From an uncultured virus (IMG/VR IMGVR_UViG_3300021407_000014) (taxonomy: Duplodnaviria > Heunggongvirae > Uroviricota > Caudoviricetes): a DNA stretch of 64,000 nucleotides. The stretch lies in IMG/VR virus record IMGVR_UViG_3300021407_000014, one strand, 5' to 3'. How positions within the stretch are numbered: the first letter of the stretch is position 1; each line of letters starts with the position of its first letter. The translations under genes and the position numbers were made by a program. Shown one piece after another: positions 9,167 through 18,005 of this stretch. The notes beneath the pieces were generated by a model. It did no database searches. It was not told the DNA's origin and worked only from the letters and a program-made list of their open reading frames with translations.

Positions 9167-11050
9167 TCAGTCCTCGGGGAACACCGCGTAGTTGCCCATG
9201 GGCATCCCCGCGAGGCCGGGGCTCTGAGCGACACGCCGCGCCGTATCGAACGTCGCAGCGAGACCGCCCGCCATGGAAGTGCACGGCCCGCATCCGGGTC
9301 CCGCGCTCGCGGGATTGCCCGCGTGCCCCGCGGCCGCGCCGGCCACCGTGGGAGTCGCGACGACTTGGCCCGTGTTGGTCATGATGCCGGGCTGTCCCGA
9401 CGTCAGGTTCTCGGGATCCGGAACGGTGGCCACCATCGACGGCGGAGCCGTCCCTGGAGGCGCAGCGTTCGGGTTCCCTGGGACCATGGGAACCATGGTC
9501 GTGGGGACTGCCATCAGCCCCTGCCGCGCCAGAATGTTCTGGAGCGATGGGCTGATGGTCTGCTGTGTGAACCGAGTGCGCTGTCCCGCGGGGACGAACG
9601 ACGACGCTGTGGCCTGACCCACACCTGCTTGGCGAACGGGTCCGCGACCCACGCCGCGCGGCAGACCCGCGATACCGGTCGTGGACGTCGTGGTCGTGGT
9701 CGTGGCAGTCGCAGTCCCTGCCGCCGCGGTCGCGGCAGCTTGTGCCTCGATCTCGGCGAGGTAGAGCTGCTGCCCGGTGACGGTGTTGGCCAGCATCTTG
9801 GCCACGAACCCCTTGCCCAGAGAGCCGAGCCACGCAAGGCCCGCGCCGAGCATCAGGCCCTGCATCGACGCACGACCCATGGGCGATTCCATGTAGCCCT
9901 GCGCGACACCGGGAATGAGCGCGACGGCGAACTGCGCAGCCGAGGCCTTCAGGCTCGGGAAAGCGAGAGTCGCGACGTCGTTCGGAACCACGGCGCCCGT
10001 GGGCGTCGAGGCCGAGCCGAGCATGCCGACCGAGCCAGGAGCGGTCGCCCCCGTCGTGGTCGTGTCCATGTACCGACCCACGAAGTCGCCGAGCAGGTAG
10101 CCCAGAAGACCCGTGAAGCCGGCCAAGGCGAGCTCGCTACCCGAGAGCGGGTTCGCGAGCGCGTACTCGCTCACGCCGGGCAGTGACAACTGCCGCGACT
10201 CGTGACGCCGATGCGACCGTCGCCGATGCGACCGGCGCTTGCGCGAATGTCCGCGTCGACGAGACGACCGACGACGCCGGCTGCCGCCCGCACCCACGCT
10301 CACGCGGATGTTGGTCGGAGCGTACGACCCGCCACGACGACGCACGGCCGCCGGGACGATGGCCGTGATGCGCCGACGCGAGCTTCTCCGGCGCGGAGCC
10401 GCATGCGAGCGCGTCCTGCGACGGCGCCGACGCGTATGACCGAAGTTCTTCCGGGCCTGCGCGCGGCGGCGCGCGCGGAGACGCCTCTTGCGGTTCACGC
10501 CCTTGCGCGCGGCGCGAACGTGGCCACGATGGTCTCCGGGCCACGGGTTGCGACGACGACGCGCACTTCGTCGGCGACGGCGACGCACGGGATTGGCCTT
10601 GGCGACCACGTCGCGAGCGCGGGCCCGGCGCCTTCGGCGTCGGGGCGTCTCGCGCGCCTTGATGAAGTGCCCCTTGCTGTCCCGGGGGCGCCGCTTGGCT
10701 GCCCTTGACCTTCGCCGCGACTTCGCCATGTCACCGTTCTCCTTCGGATAGTCCTTGAATCGACCTGATGCCTTCGCGCGCTTCCAAGCGACTCCAGCGC
10801 AGTACCGCTTTTTCCGTTTGCCCCTGAAGCGTTGGGCTGTCCCCGAGACGATACAGCTTGAGTAGGAACCGTACAAGGTTTTGGACAGCTCCCTACGTCG
10901 TCGATAGCCCTTTCTGACCGGGATCGGATTACGAACTATCTTCTTTTTCCGATGCTTCGTAGTACGTCGTTTGTATTGCGCGGCTGGCTCCGGAGACGCT
11001 CGAAAGGCCCGCATTCTGGCCACGTAATCGTCTCCGAGCCTCTTGGCCAC
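9167..11050 (-). CDS. Arg-rich (protamine-like) protein fused to a hydrophobic domain; alternative start at 10729
   Basis: Long poly-Arg runs followed by hydrophobic helices and a Thr/Pro-rich tail; AAGGAG RBS precedes MAKSRRRS at 10729. Confidence 0.7.
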   Translation of the reverse strand: MAKRLGDDYVARMRAFRASPEPAAQYKRRTTKHRKKKIVRNPIPVRKGYRRRRELSKTLYGSYSSCIVSGTAQRFRGKRKKRYCAGVAWKRAKASGRFKDYPKENGDMAKSRRRSRAAKRRPRDSKGHFIKARETPRRRRRRARARDVVAKANPVRRRRRRSARRRRNPWPGDHRGHVRAARKGVNRKRRLRARRRAQARKNFGHTRRRRRRTRSHAAPRRRSSRRRITAIVPAAVRRRGGSYAPTNIRVSVGAGGSRRRRSSRRRGHSRKRRSHRRRSHRRHESRQLSLPGVSEYALANPLSGSELALAGFTGLLGYLLGDFVGRYMDTTTTGATAPGSVGMLGSASTPTGAVVPNDVATLAFPSLKASAAQFAVALIPGVAQGYMESPMGRASMQGLMLGAGLAWLGSLGKGFVAKMLANTVTGQQLYLAEIEAQAAATAAAGTATATTTTTTSTTGIAGLPRGVGRGPVRQAGVGQATASSFVPAGQRTRFTQQTISPSLQNILARQGLMAVPTTMVPMVPGNPNAAPPGTAPPSMVATVPDPENLTSGQPGIMTNTGQVVATPTVAGAAAGHAGNPASAGPGCGPCTSMAGGLAATFDTARRVAQSPGLAGMPMGNYAVFPED

Positions 11051-11138
11051 GAGGAGAGCCTACGACGCGAAGAGCGTACGTGGCAAACCGGCCACCGAGT
11101 TTCTTGACGTTGTTGATAATTACAGTTAGCAACAAATT

Positions 11139-11405
11139 ATGAAATCTAAACGTGGTCGAAAAACCCTCGGAACGGACACGGCTCTCTCCTGCGTGATTGG
11201 GCTTCGGCTCACGCGGCCCCAGCAGATGCTCCTCGACAAGCTCATCGAGGACGAGCGAGATCACCATCCCGAGGCTCGCGTCACTCCCAACGAGTTCATT
11301 CGAAACCTCATCGTCGACACGGCATCGTCCAAGGGACTGCGCCTCGTTCGCGACGGGGGCAGGCTCATCGTCCGTCACGATGTCCGAGGGGGGCAGGAAC
11401 CGTGA
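11139..11405 (+). CDS. Small DNA-binding protein (RHH-like)
   Basis: VIGLRLT strand followed by two helices (..NEFIRNLI). Confidence 0.45.
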   Translation: MKSKRGRKTLGTDTALSCVIGLRLTRPQQMLLDKLIEDERDHHPEARVTPNEFIRNLIVDTASSKGLRLVRDGGRLIVRHDVRGGQEP

Positions 11406-11950
11406 GCGTACCCGTCGACGGCGAAAAGATTTGCCCTCGATGCCGGGAGACGAGGCCGGCGGCCGACTTCATGAAAGCCGGCGCTCGCTGCCTCGAGTGC
11501 TCGTCGTGTCGAAAGAAGCAGGTCGACGCGGAATTTCTAGAGTGGCAGCGGGAGTACGAAAAGAAGGGAGCCTACATGAGGCCCCAAGACCCGGACGGAC
11601 GCATGCCAAGTCGGTGGCTGCCACCAAAACGACGCAAATGTCGAAAGTGTGGGGAGATCAAGCCATTCGCCGAGTACGTCTCCAAGAGCGGGCGGTCGTA
11701 TCTGCGAGAGTGCAAGGAACGAGACTTTTCGGCCTCGCTAGACCGGCTCGACCCGTCTCTCGGATACGTCAAGGGCAACGTGAACATCATCTCCTGGCGC
11801 GCGAACCGCCTCAAGAGCGACGCCACTCCCGACGAACTCGAGGCTGTCGCTGCTTGGATGCGAAAAACTCAACAGAAAGCGCAGCAAGAGCGGCAAGATC
11901 GGCCACACATAGCCCCTATCGTCAACGAGACATCCCCCTCCCAACGATAG
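11402..11950 (+). CDS. Zn-binding HNH-like endonuclease
   Basis: CxxC pairs and SLDRLDPSLGYVKGNVNIISWRANRLKSD. Confidence 0.65.
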   Translation: MSVPVDGEKICPRCRETRPAADFMKAGARCLECSSCRKKQVDAEFLEWQREYEKKGAYMRPQDPDGRMPSRWLPPKRRKCRKCGEIKPFAEYVSKSGRSYLRECKERDFSASLDRLDPSLGYVKGNVNIISWRANRLKSDATPDELEAVAAWMRKTQQKAQQERQDRPHIAPIVNETSPSQR

Positions 11951-12346
11951 CTTATAGAAGCGCCCGGCTCGCGAAAGCGTGAGGGGCCGCCCCTTGAACG
12001 GATGGAAGAAGCCGCCCGGAGCACGCTTGCCTCGGCGCTTGTAGAAAATCTTCACGACCTTCGCGACTTGCTCCCATCCCTCACGAGGGATCTCCGGGAT
12101 GATCGCGAGCTTCATCGGATGATTGCTTCCCAAGTATCTGCGGTTCGACAGGTTCGCATCGACCGGGCGATTCGTCTTCTTCCATGGTCCGTAGAAGACG
12201 GTGCACTTGGGCAAGTCTCGTCCCGACGGATCATGGAACTGTCCGTACGCCGCCGGGAGAGAGATTACCTTGCCTTCCGTCGTCTCGAACTTCACGCGGT
12301 TCGCTTCGACGCGGATCGACGGCGACGGGAGCTTGCCCTGGCTCAT
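11738..12346 (-). CDS. Basic hypothetical protein; 3' end overlaps the HNH gene antisense
   Basis: Follows 12350..12709 closely; protein-like up to DDRGYVWP. Confidence 0.5.
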   Translation of the reverse strand: MSQGKLPSPSIRVEANRVKFETTEGKVISLPAAYGQFHDPSGRDLPKCTVFYGPWKKTNRPVDANLSNRRYLGSNHPMKLAIIPEIPREGWEQVAKVVKIFYKRRGKRAPGGFFHPFKGRPLTLSRAGRFYKLSLGGGCLVDDRGYVWPILPLLLRFLLSFSHPSSDSLEFVGSGVALEAVRAPGDDVHVALDVSERRVEPV

Positions 12347-12349
12347 GAG

Positions 12350-12709
12350 CTACTCGACGGCGTCGCCCGTGTACCCGGACTGCCCGACGAGCCCGCCCGC
12401 AGCGTATGTGTCGTTGGACGCGTTGCCGAAGACGCCCGGCTGGTTCGTCCCCACGAAGGTGACTCCGTCCGCGTTGACCGGCGTTTCGCCTCCGCCTCCC
12501 CCTCCCCCTCCCCCTCCACCCGAGCTTGGCGTGCTGGTGCCTCCGCCGCCGCCCGAACTTGCGCCTCCTCCCGAGGAGCCGCCCCCTCCCGAGCCCGAGC
12601 TCGGAAGCTGACCCGCGCTCGCGGTCGCCGGGCGCGTCGCGTAATAAATGGCCGCGCCGATGCCCACGACTCCCAGACCAGCGAGGACGAGCTTCTTCTT
12701 GTCGGACAT
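12350..12709 (-). CDS. N-terminally anchored Gly-rich membrane protein
   Basis: MSDKKKLVLAGLGVVGIGAAIYY followed by poly-Gly; start could instead be 12733. Confidence 0.6.
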   Translation of the reverse strand: MSDKKKLVLAGLGVVGIGAAIYYATRPATASAGQLPSSGSGGGGSSGGGASSGGGGGTSTPSSGGGGGGGGGGGETPVNADGVTFVGTNQPGVFGNASNDTYAAGGLVGQSGYTGDAVE

Positions 12710-12725
12710 GGATTGACCGCTGCGC

Positions 12726-13034
12726 TTACTCATTGGCGTTCACTCCGATGAAAGTCGCCTGATTGATCAGATCGTTGATGGCCCCTGGCGCGTTGGCGCT
12801 CGTGCTCGCTTGACCCAGGACCGAATTCTGCGCTGCGCTCGTGACGGTGTTGGATGGACCCGAGCTGCCTGACTCTGGAATGGCTGCGGCCTGCTGCGAC
12901 AGGAGTGCCTTGTACGCGAGATAGCCGAAGCCGAGTACGCCGAGACCTCCGAGAAGCAGGATGAGCCCTGTGTTCGAAGCGTTCACGGCGATCTTGGAAT
13001 CGTACTCGACTCGAACGGGCCTCTTGCTTGCCAT
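12726..13034 (-). CDS. Small membrane protein
   Basis: Single TM LILLLGGLGVLGFGYLAY. Confidence 0.6.
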   Translation of the reverse strand: MASKRPVRVEYDSKIAVNASNTGLILLLGGLGVLGFGYLAYKALLSQQAAAIPESGSSGPSNTVTSAAQNSVLGQASTSANAPGAINDLINQATFIGVNANE

Positions 13035-13038
13035 CGTT

Positions 13039-15339
13039 TTACTTGGCTCCGTGGTGCATGGCGCGAGAGAGACGCCTCTCCGCTATCCATTCCCAGACGA
13101 GAGGTCCTACCACGACGATCGAAGCGACCGCGACCGCGCCGACCGCGAGCCACGTGACGACGCTCGCGTCCAGAGGCTGAGGCTGAGGAATGGGGACCTG
13201 CGGACCCGCGTTGAGAGCGTCCTGGACCCCTTGTCCAAGGTCGCCAGCGGTCGTGTTCTGATCGTATCCGTATGGACCGACGTACCCGTCCATTCCGTTC
13301 GTCCCCGCCGGACCAAGAATGCTCGTATTGGGGTACTGCCCCGTGCTGCCTCCCCCCACCGTGTAGGGGTAATCGTACGCCTGTCCCATCCCGATCACGC
13401 GCTCGACTTCAGCGACGAGCTCATGTCCAAGTCCGACCGGGATGGGCGAGTACGCGTTCGTTCCTGCTCCCGCTTCCGGCGAAAACGCGTGCGCGCTCGG
13501 ATACTCCCCGAGTCCCATCGCATGGATCTCATCCAGCGTGACGGGGTAGGGCGGCCATTCGCCCTCTTGGAGCCCCACGGGCGCGTACGCCGCGCCATGC
13601 GACAAGGGAGAAAAAGCATGCGCGAACGGGAAGACTCCAAGGCCTTCGGGAAGTCCCTCCGGGACCGCGCCGACGCCGATGAAGTCGCCATGCTCGGGCT
13701 CTTTGCCCAGCGAGACCGGAAACCCGTCGGCGCCGCCCATCGTCAGCGAACCTGAAGTCGGGTCCATCCACCACTCCTTCGTCGCGGGATGATACTTGCC
13801 GACCGGCCAGTCCTTCGCGCTCGGGTCGACTCGCACCCAACCCTTGGCCGGATCGCGGAACGCGCAGATCACGTGCGTGGCCCGTTCGGTCCCGAACGCC
13901 TGCGCAATGAACCGGCAGTCGATGCCGAGGCTCATCAGGACCGCGCAGTACGCCACGATACGGTCGTCGCAGTTGCTCACGGTCACGTCGTGCTCGGGTA
14001 GGTACACGAAGTGATCGCTCGTCGCGATGTCCCAGCACATGCGGGTCCCGACGTTCTTGTCAATCTGCCGGACTTGCAGGCGCTTCACGCGCCAGCCGGG
14101 CTTCGGCGTACCGCGGACCGTGAGTCTCCAGATCGGGTTCTCACCGAGACCGCCGTGGTCGACGATGTACGAGTGGCCGCACGACTTGCCGAACATCCGG
14201 TGCAGCACGCGAGTCTGGACCATCAGCTCGTGAGACGTCGTCGTGAATGTGCGTCCGTCACCGGCTGTGTTCTTGCCGCTGTCGGCCATGATGCCTTCGA
14301 GTAGCTTCGCCGCGGGCGCTTCTTGAAGGTTGATCGAGAGCGCGTGCTTGAACTTCGCGCGCGGACCCATCTGCTGCATCCGAAGAGTCCACCCTCGGTC
14401 CTTCACCGAGATGTACTTCCGATGCCAGGTCGTTGGGATGTCCCAGCGCTCGCACAGCTCTTGGACTTTCCGCTTATTCTCTTCCTTGGGGCAACCGTCC
14501 TGGCCCGAGATTTCGAAGCTCGCGTTGTTGCTGCTCCAGCCGTCGGAGACGAAGAGGCCCTCAATCCAGGCCCGGTCCGGGTCCATCTCCCCCGTCCCGA
14601 AATCGATCTTGTCTGGCTGGATGAGCTCGTCCTTCTCGTTGAGGTCCGAGACCGGGACTCGAACGATCTCGAAGTTCTCGTCAGGGCACGAGCACCGGAC
14701 GTTGTCCGCCAGCCTGTGCTTGGTGCACCGACGCACGTAGGCCTTATGATCCCCCGTCAAGAGCATCGTCGAACCGTTGGTCATCGACACGGCGTCGACC
14801 TCGAGCTCGCCCTTGAACCACTTGTTTTCTACGGTCGTCCAGCCCTTGTAGCCCCAGATCCGGTCACCGATCCCGATGTCCTCGATCTTGACGAACTCGA
14901 AGTCATCGCGAAGAAGAAGCGTTCCCTGCGGGAAGCAGTCAGCCGCCGGGATGCAGAGCTTGCCGTCCTCGAGACAGAGGGTCGTCTTCGGCTTGACGAT
15001 CATCTCGGTGTTGATCGGGTCCTGCACGTAGACCGTGCGCTTGCGGATCGCATCGAGGATGGCCTGCGCCTGCGTGGACTCGTTCGTTGGATTGCCGGCC
15101 GCGAGAAGCGCGCGACCGCCCCAACCTCGCAGGAGCGCTACGGTCTTCGGGTCCTTCAGGTCTCCCGAGACAGCCTTGGCCATCTCCTGGAGAGAGAACT
15201 TCGTCCCCTCGACGCCGTCGGGGTGCACGCCCTTCCGCACAGGCGCGTCCCCGATGCCCGCAACGCGCTGCTGCTCGGCCGTGAGCGCGAAGCCCTTGCC
15301 GAGGCCCGTGTGATCAGCGCCGTTGGAGTCGTCTGCCAT
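13039..15339 (-). CDS. Transglutaminase-like (papain-fold) protein with intein and C-terminal TM
   Basis: Spliced sequence AAD-CDDRIVAYCAVLMSLGIDCRF...THV...WVRVDPS gives the Cys-His-Asp transglutaminase-core pattern. Confidence 0.8.
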   Translation of the reverse strand: MADDSNGADHTGLGKGFALTAEQQRVAGIGDAPVRKGVHPDGVEGTKFSLQEMAKAVSGDLKDPKTVALLRGWGGRALLAAGNPTNESTQAQAILDAIRKRTVYVQDPINTEMIVKPKTTLCLEDGKLCIPAADCFPQGTLLLRDDFEFVKIEDIGIGDRIWGYKGWTTVENKWFKGELEVDAVSMTNGSTMLLTGDHKAYVRRCTKHRLADNVRCSCPDENFEIVRVPVSDLNEKDELIQPDKIDFGTGEMDPDRAWIEGLFVSDGWSSNNASFEISGQDGCPKEENKRKVQELCERWDIPTTWHRKYISVKDRGWTLRMQQMGPRAKFKHALSINLQEAPAAKLLEGIMADSGKNTAGDGRTFTTTSHELMVQTRVLHRMFGKSCGHSYIVDHGGLGENPIWRLTVRGTPKPGWRVKRLQVRQIDKNVGTRMCWDIATSDHFVYLPEHDVTVSNCDDRIVAYCAVLMSLGIDCRFIAQAFGTERATHVICAFRDPAKGWVRVDPSAKDWPVGKYHPATKEWWMDPTSGSLTMGGADGFPVSLGKEPEHGDFIGVGAVPEGLPEGLGVFPFAHAFSPLSHGAAYAPVGLQEGEWPPYPVTLDEIHAMGLGEYPSAHAFSPEAGAGTNAYSPIPVGLGHELVAEVERVIGMGQAYDYPYTVGGGSTGQYPNTSILGPAGTNGMDGYVGPYGYDQNTTAGDLGQGVQDALNAGPQVPIPQPQPLDASVVTWLAVGAVAVASIVVVGPLVWEWIAERRLSRAMHHGAK
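13972..14937 (-). mobile_element. Intein (322 aa) with LAGLIDADG homing endonuclease
   Basis: Starts CFPQGT; block B LTGDHK; LAGLIDADG-like IEGLFVSDG and LEGIMADSG; block F CWDIATSDHF; ends VTVSN followed by +1 Cys. Confidence 0.9.
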
Positions 15340-15342
15340 GGG

Positions 15343-15807
15343 TCAGGACCGAGGAGCGTGGAGACCGTCGTAGGTGGGACCGGCGTAGAGACGGATAGCA
15401 GAGGATACCGGAGCGGGAGGGGTCGGGACGTTCGAGCTACCGCCCGAATGTGATTGACCCACGCCCACGATTCCTGCCAGTCCCTTCGGAATTGTATCGA
15501 AACGGAAAATATCACCAGTCGGAGCCCACTGGGTCCAGCCAGGCGTAGCACGGCTGAACATGGTCGGCGTCAACCCAGTCTGGGTCCAGGCAGCGGGCCA
15601 CGGCGACAGAGGAACGTTGAGAGACACTTGGACGGCATGCCGTCCTGGCCAGACCTGGACCGGCGGATTCTTCTCCACCCATGGCACCACGTTCGCCGGA
15701 GCCGGCACGAATCCCACAGCCGACCGGACCGCCGAAGGCGCTCCCGCCGTCACCGGAGCGAAGGCTTGGCCCAGTCCCACGAATGGAAACGCGTAGTCAT
15801 TCTTCAT
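15343..15807 (-). CDS. Hypothetical virion protein
   Basis: Start re-called at MKNDYAFPFVGLGQ with GAGGAGG RBS. Confidence 0.55.
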   Translation of the reverse strand: MKNDYAFPFVGLGQAFAPVTAGAPSAVRSAVGFVPAPANVVPWVEKNPPVQVWPGRHAVQVSLNVPLSPWPAAWTQTGLTPTMFSRATPGWTQWAPTGDIFRFDTIPKGLAGIVGVGQSHSGGSSNVPTPPAPVSSAIRLYAGPTYDGLHAPRS

Positions 15808-15812
15808 CGCGG

Positions 15813-15992
15813 TCACCTCCTCGGTGCCCTGAAGTAGTCGTAGATGGGATCCAAGTACGGCCACTGCTCCGGCACCTCCGGGGGAAGATGAAGACGGGCC
15901 TGGCCCATTCCGGGCGCATGCCAGTGCGCCGGCTGCTGCCCTAGGCCAACGGGAAACGCCCGCTCGTCCTTCCTGGTCCACCCATGCCTCAT
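15813..15992 (-). CDS. Small hypothetical protein
   Basis: MRHGWTRKDERAFPVGLGQQ; carries the same AFPxGLGQ-type motif as its neighbour. Confidence 0.4.
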   Translation of the reverse strand: MRHGWTRKDERAFPVGLGQQPAHWHAPGMGQARLHLPPEVPEQWPYLDPIYDYFRAPRR

Positions 15993-16002
15993 GGGTGGGA
16001 GC

Positions 16003-16569
16003 TTACAACAGAACGATGATAGCGCCGAGGACGAGAACGCCCGCAAGGCCAGCGAGAACGAGGGTGGTGTCGTCGACCGGGACCGTAACCTGGGCCGGAA
16101 GTGCATAAGCCGGGGCCGGGTAGTAGACCGGCGCAGGCGGCGCTTGGTACAGCGAGACCGGGCCCGGAGTCACGACAGGAACCTTCACGGGTGACGCGGG
16201 GGAAACGACAGGAGCAAGCGCTTTGACGAGGACCATGACCTGGCCTCCTTTCATCGTGATCTGCTTCACGTTGTCGAGGCATACGTCCAGCTCGATACCG
16301 CCTGGGCTAATGCGAAAGAGCATCCCATCCGGCATCGTGAAGTAGAAGGGCTTGGTGTTGGACGAATTCTCGTTCAGGAGATTCGTCATGTAGGGCACCG
16401 AGAACCATTGGCGCTGCGCGCTCCCCGAGCCCGTGTACGGGATGTACTTCGCCGTGCGCGTCGTGAAGTGCGGCCCGATCAGCGTCTGCGGAGCGACCTG
16501 ACCCCAATGCTTCGCCCACGACGGAGCGATCTCCCCGGACGAGACCGCATTGCTCGGAGGCTGACTCAT
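16003..16569 (-). CDS. C-terminally anchored membrane protein
   Basis: Start at MSQPPSN after a GGAG RBS; Pro-rich linker and terminal TM. Confidence 0.6.
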   Translation of the reverse strand: MSQPPSNAVSSGEIAPSWAKHWGQVAPQTLIGPHFTTRTAKYIPYTGSGSAQRQWFSVPYMTNLLNENSSNTKPFYFTMPDGMLFRISPGGIELDVCLDNVKQITMKGGQVMVLVKALAPVVSPASPVKVPVVTPGPVSLYQAPPAPVYYPAPAYALPAQVTVPVDDTTLVLAGLAGVLVLGAIIVLL

Positions 16570-16579
16570 GCTCGCGCTC

Positions 16580-17272
16580 CTAGTCGAGCGCGACGTAGAG
16601 GACACCGCCGACCGCGGCAACGCCGAGCAGCACGTAGAGCCACGTGTAGTCGGTCGTGGTCGCCGCTGCGGTTGTAGTCGTAGGTTGGTAGGAGCCCGGA
16701 GGGCACGTGCGGATCAGCGGCCAGGTGCCCGACGGGCCACTGTTCCACCCGACGGAATACGGAATTCCGTTGTACGAGAACCTTACTTGATGCGCGAGCG
16801 GAGCGGTGCCGCTGCCTGTGTTCGCCTGCTGGATACCTCCGCTGTCGGCAATGAACGCAGCGAGAATCTGCGCAAGCGTCGTCAGAGGAAGGCCGTTCGG
16901 AACTTGCACTTCCGCGAAGTTCGTCTGAGCCAACTGAGCCACGATCGGAGAAGAACCAGCGCTGCCGCAAAAGGATGAACCGGGCGCCGCGATGTATGGC
17001 GAAAGTCCCAGCTGCGAGAGCAAGTTGATCGTGTTCTGCGGCGTCACCATCGGATGATTGCCCCAAGTCGAGATGACCTGGCCAAATCCACGAGGAGCGA
17101 CACGGCTCCGAGGGACCACCGTGAGGCCCGCACGCGCAAGCTCTTCCCGGTGCTCAGGGGCGAGACCGAAGCCAACGGGCACCGCACTCAGACCGGCGCG
17201 CGCAAGCTCTTCATGATGCTCGGGACGAAGCGCCCCCAAACCAACGGGTTCGTTCTGCACAGCGGTCTCCAT
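16580..17272 (-). CDS. Membrane-anchored protein, paralogue of 17310..18005
   Basis: Shared PEHxxELARA, FxYNGIxY and TDYTWLY+TM. Confidence 0.7.
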   Translation of the reverse strand: METAVQNEPVGLGALRPEHHEELARAGLSAVPVGFGLAPEHREELARAGLTVVPRSRVAPRGFGQVISTWGNHPMVTPQNTINLLSQLGLSPYIAAPGSSFCGSAGSSPIVAQLAQTNFAEVQVPNGLPLTTLAQILAAFIADSGGIQQANTGSGTAPLAHQVRFSYNGIPYSVGWNSGPSGTWPLIRTCPPGSYQPTTTTAAATTTDYTWLYVLLGVAAVGGVLYVALD

Positions 17273-17309
17273 CTCGTTTCTCCTAGTTTTACCCTGGTTT
17301 TTGCTGGGG

Positions 17310-18005
17310 TCAGTCGACAGCGTAGATCACGACGCCGCCTATCACAACCGCACCCAGGATGTAGAGCCACGTGTAGTCGGTTGCCGGGGCGACAGGAGCG
17401 ATGGGAGCGGGGAGGGCGGGGACGAGTGGGGCGTACGGAATGGCCGTCGCGTGTGGAACGCACACGTCGATGACAGCCGCAATCCAGTTGCCGTACCTTC
17501 TCCACGAGACCAGGTACGAAATTCCGTTGTACGTGAAGCTGAGCGGAGTCTGAAGCGGATAGGTGCTGCCCGGATTTGCGTTCGCAGGCAGCAACGAAAA
17601 ATTGAGCACGTACGCGCCGTAGATTGCCTGTAGCTGCTGCTGACTCAGACCTCCCTGGACATGAACCGGAGCTAAATTCAGCTTCTGCTTGACCGTGGGC
17701 GACGCGTACACAAGCCTCAGCGCGCTACCGGCCGGACAACCGGCCGGCCCAGTACCCTGAGCGTTCGTAGTGGGTTGGACCCCTGGCATATTCACAATCA
17801 CCGCAGCCGCTGCGGTTGCAGGGACCGGGCCACTTATTCCTTCTGAACTGATCGGCTGAATCCAGCCCCCCGGTGGGGTGGGAACATTGCCCGAACCGCC
17901 AGAAGAAGACTGTCCCAAGCCCCTCGGAATGGGAACGACCGTCATGCGAGCGCGCGCTAGCTCCGCACGATGCTCCGGGCTCAGGGATCCAAGACCCACT
18001 TCCAT
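17310..18005 (-). CDS. Membrane-anchored protein, paralogue of 16580..17272
   Basis: Same shared motifs; TAATG coupling to the upstream gene. Confidence 0.7.
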   Translation of the reverse strand: MEVGLGSLSPEHRAELARARMTVVPIPRGLGQSSSGGSGNVPTPPGGWIQPISSEGISGPVPATAAAAVIVNMPGVQPTTNAQGTGPAGCPAGSALRLVYASPTVKQKLNLAPVHVQGGLSQQQLQAIYGAYVLNFSLLPANANPGSTYPLQTPLSFTYNGISYLVSWRRYGNWIAAVIDVCVPHATAIPYAPLVPALPAPIAPVAPATDYTWLYILGAVVIGGVVIYAVD

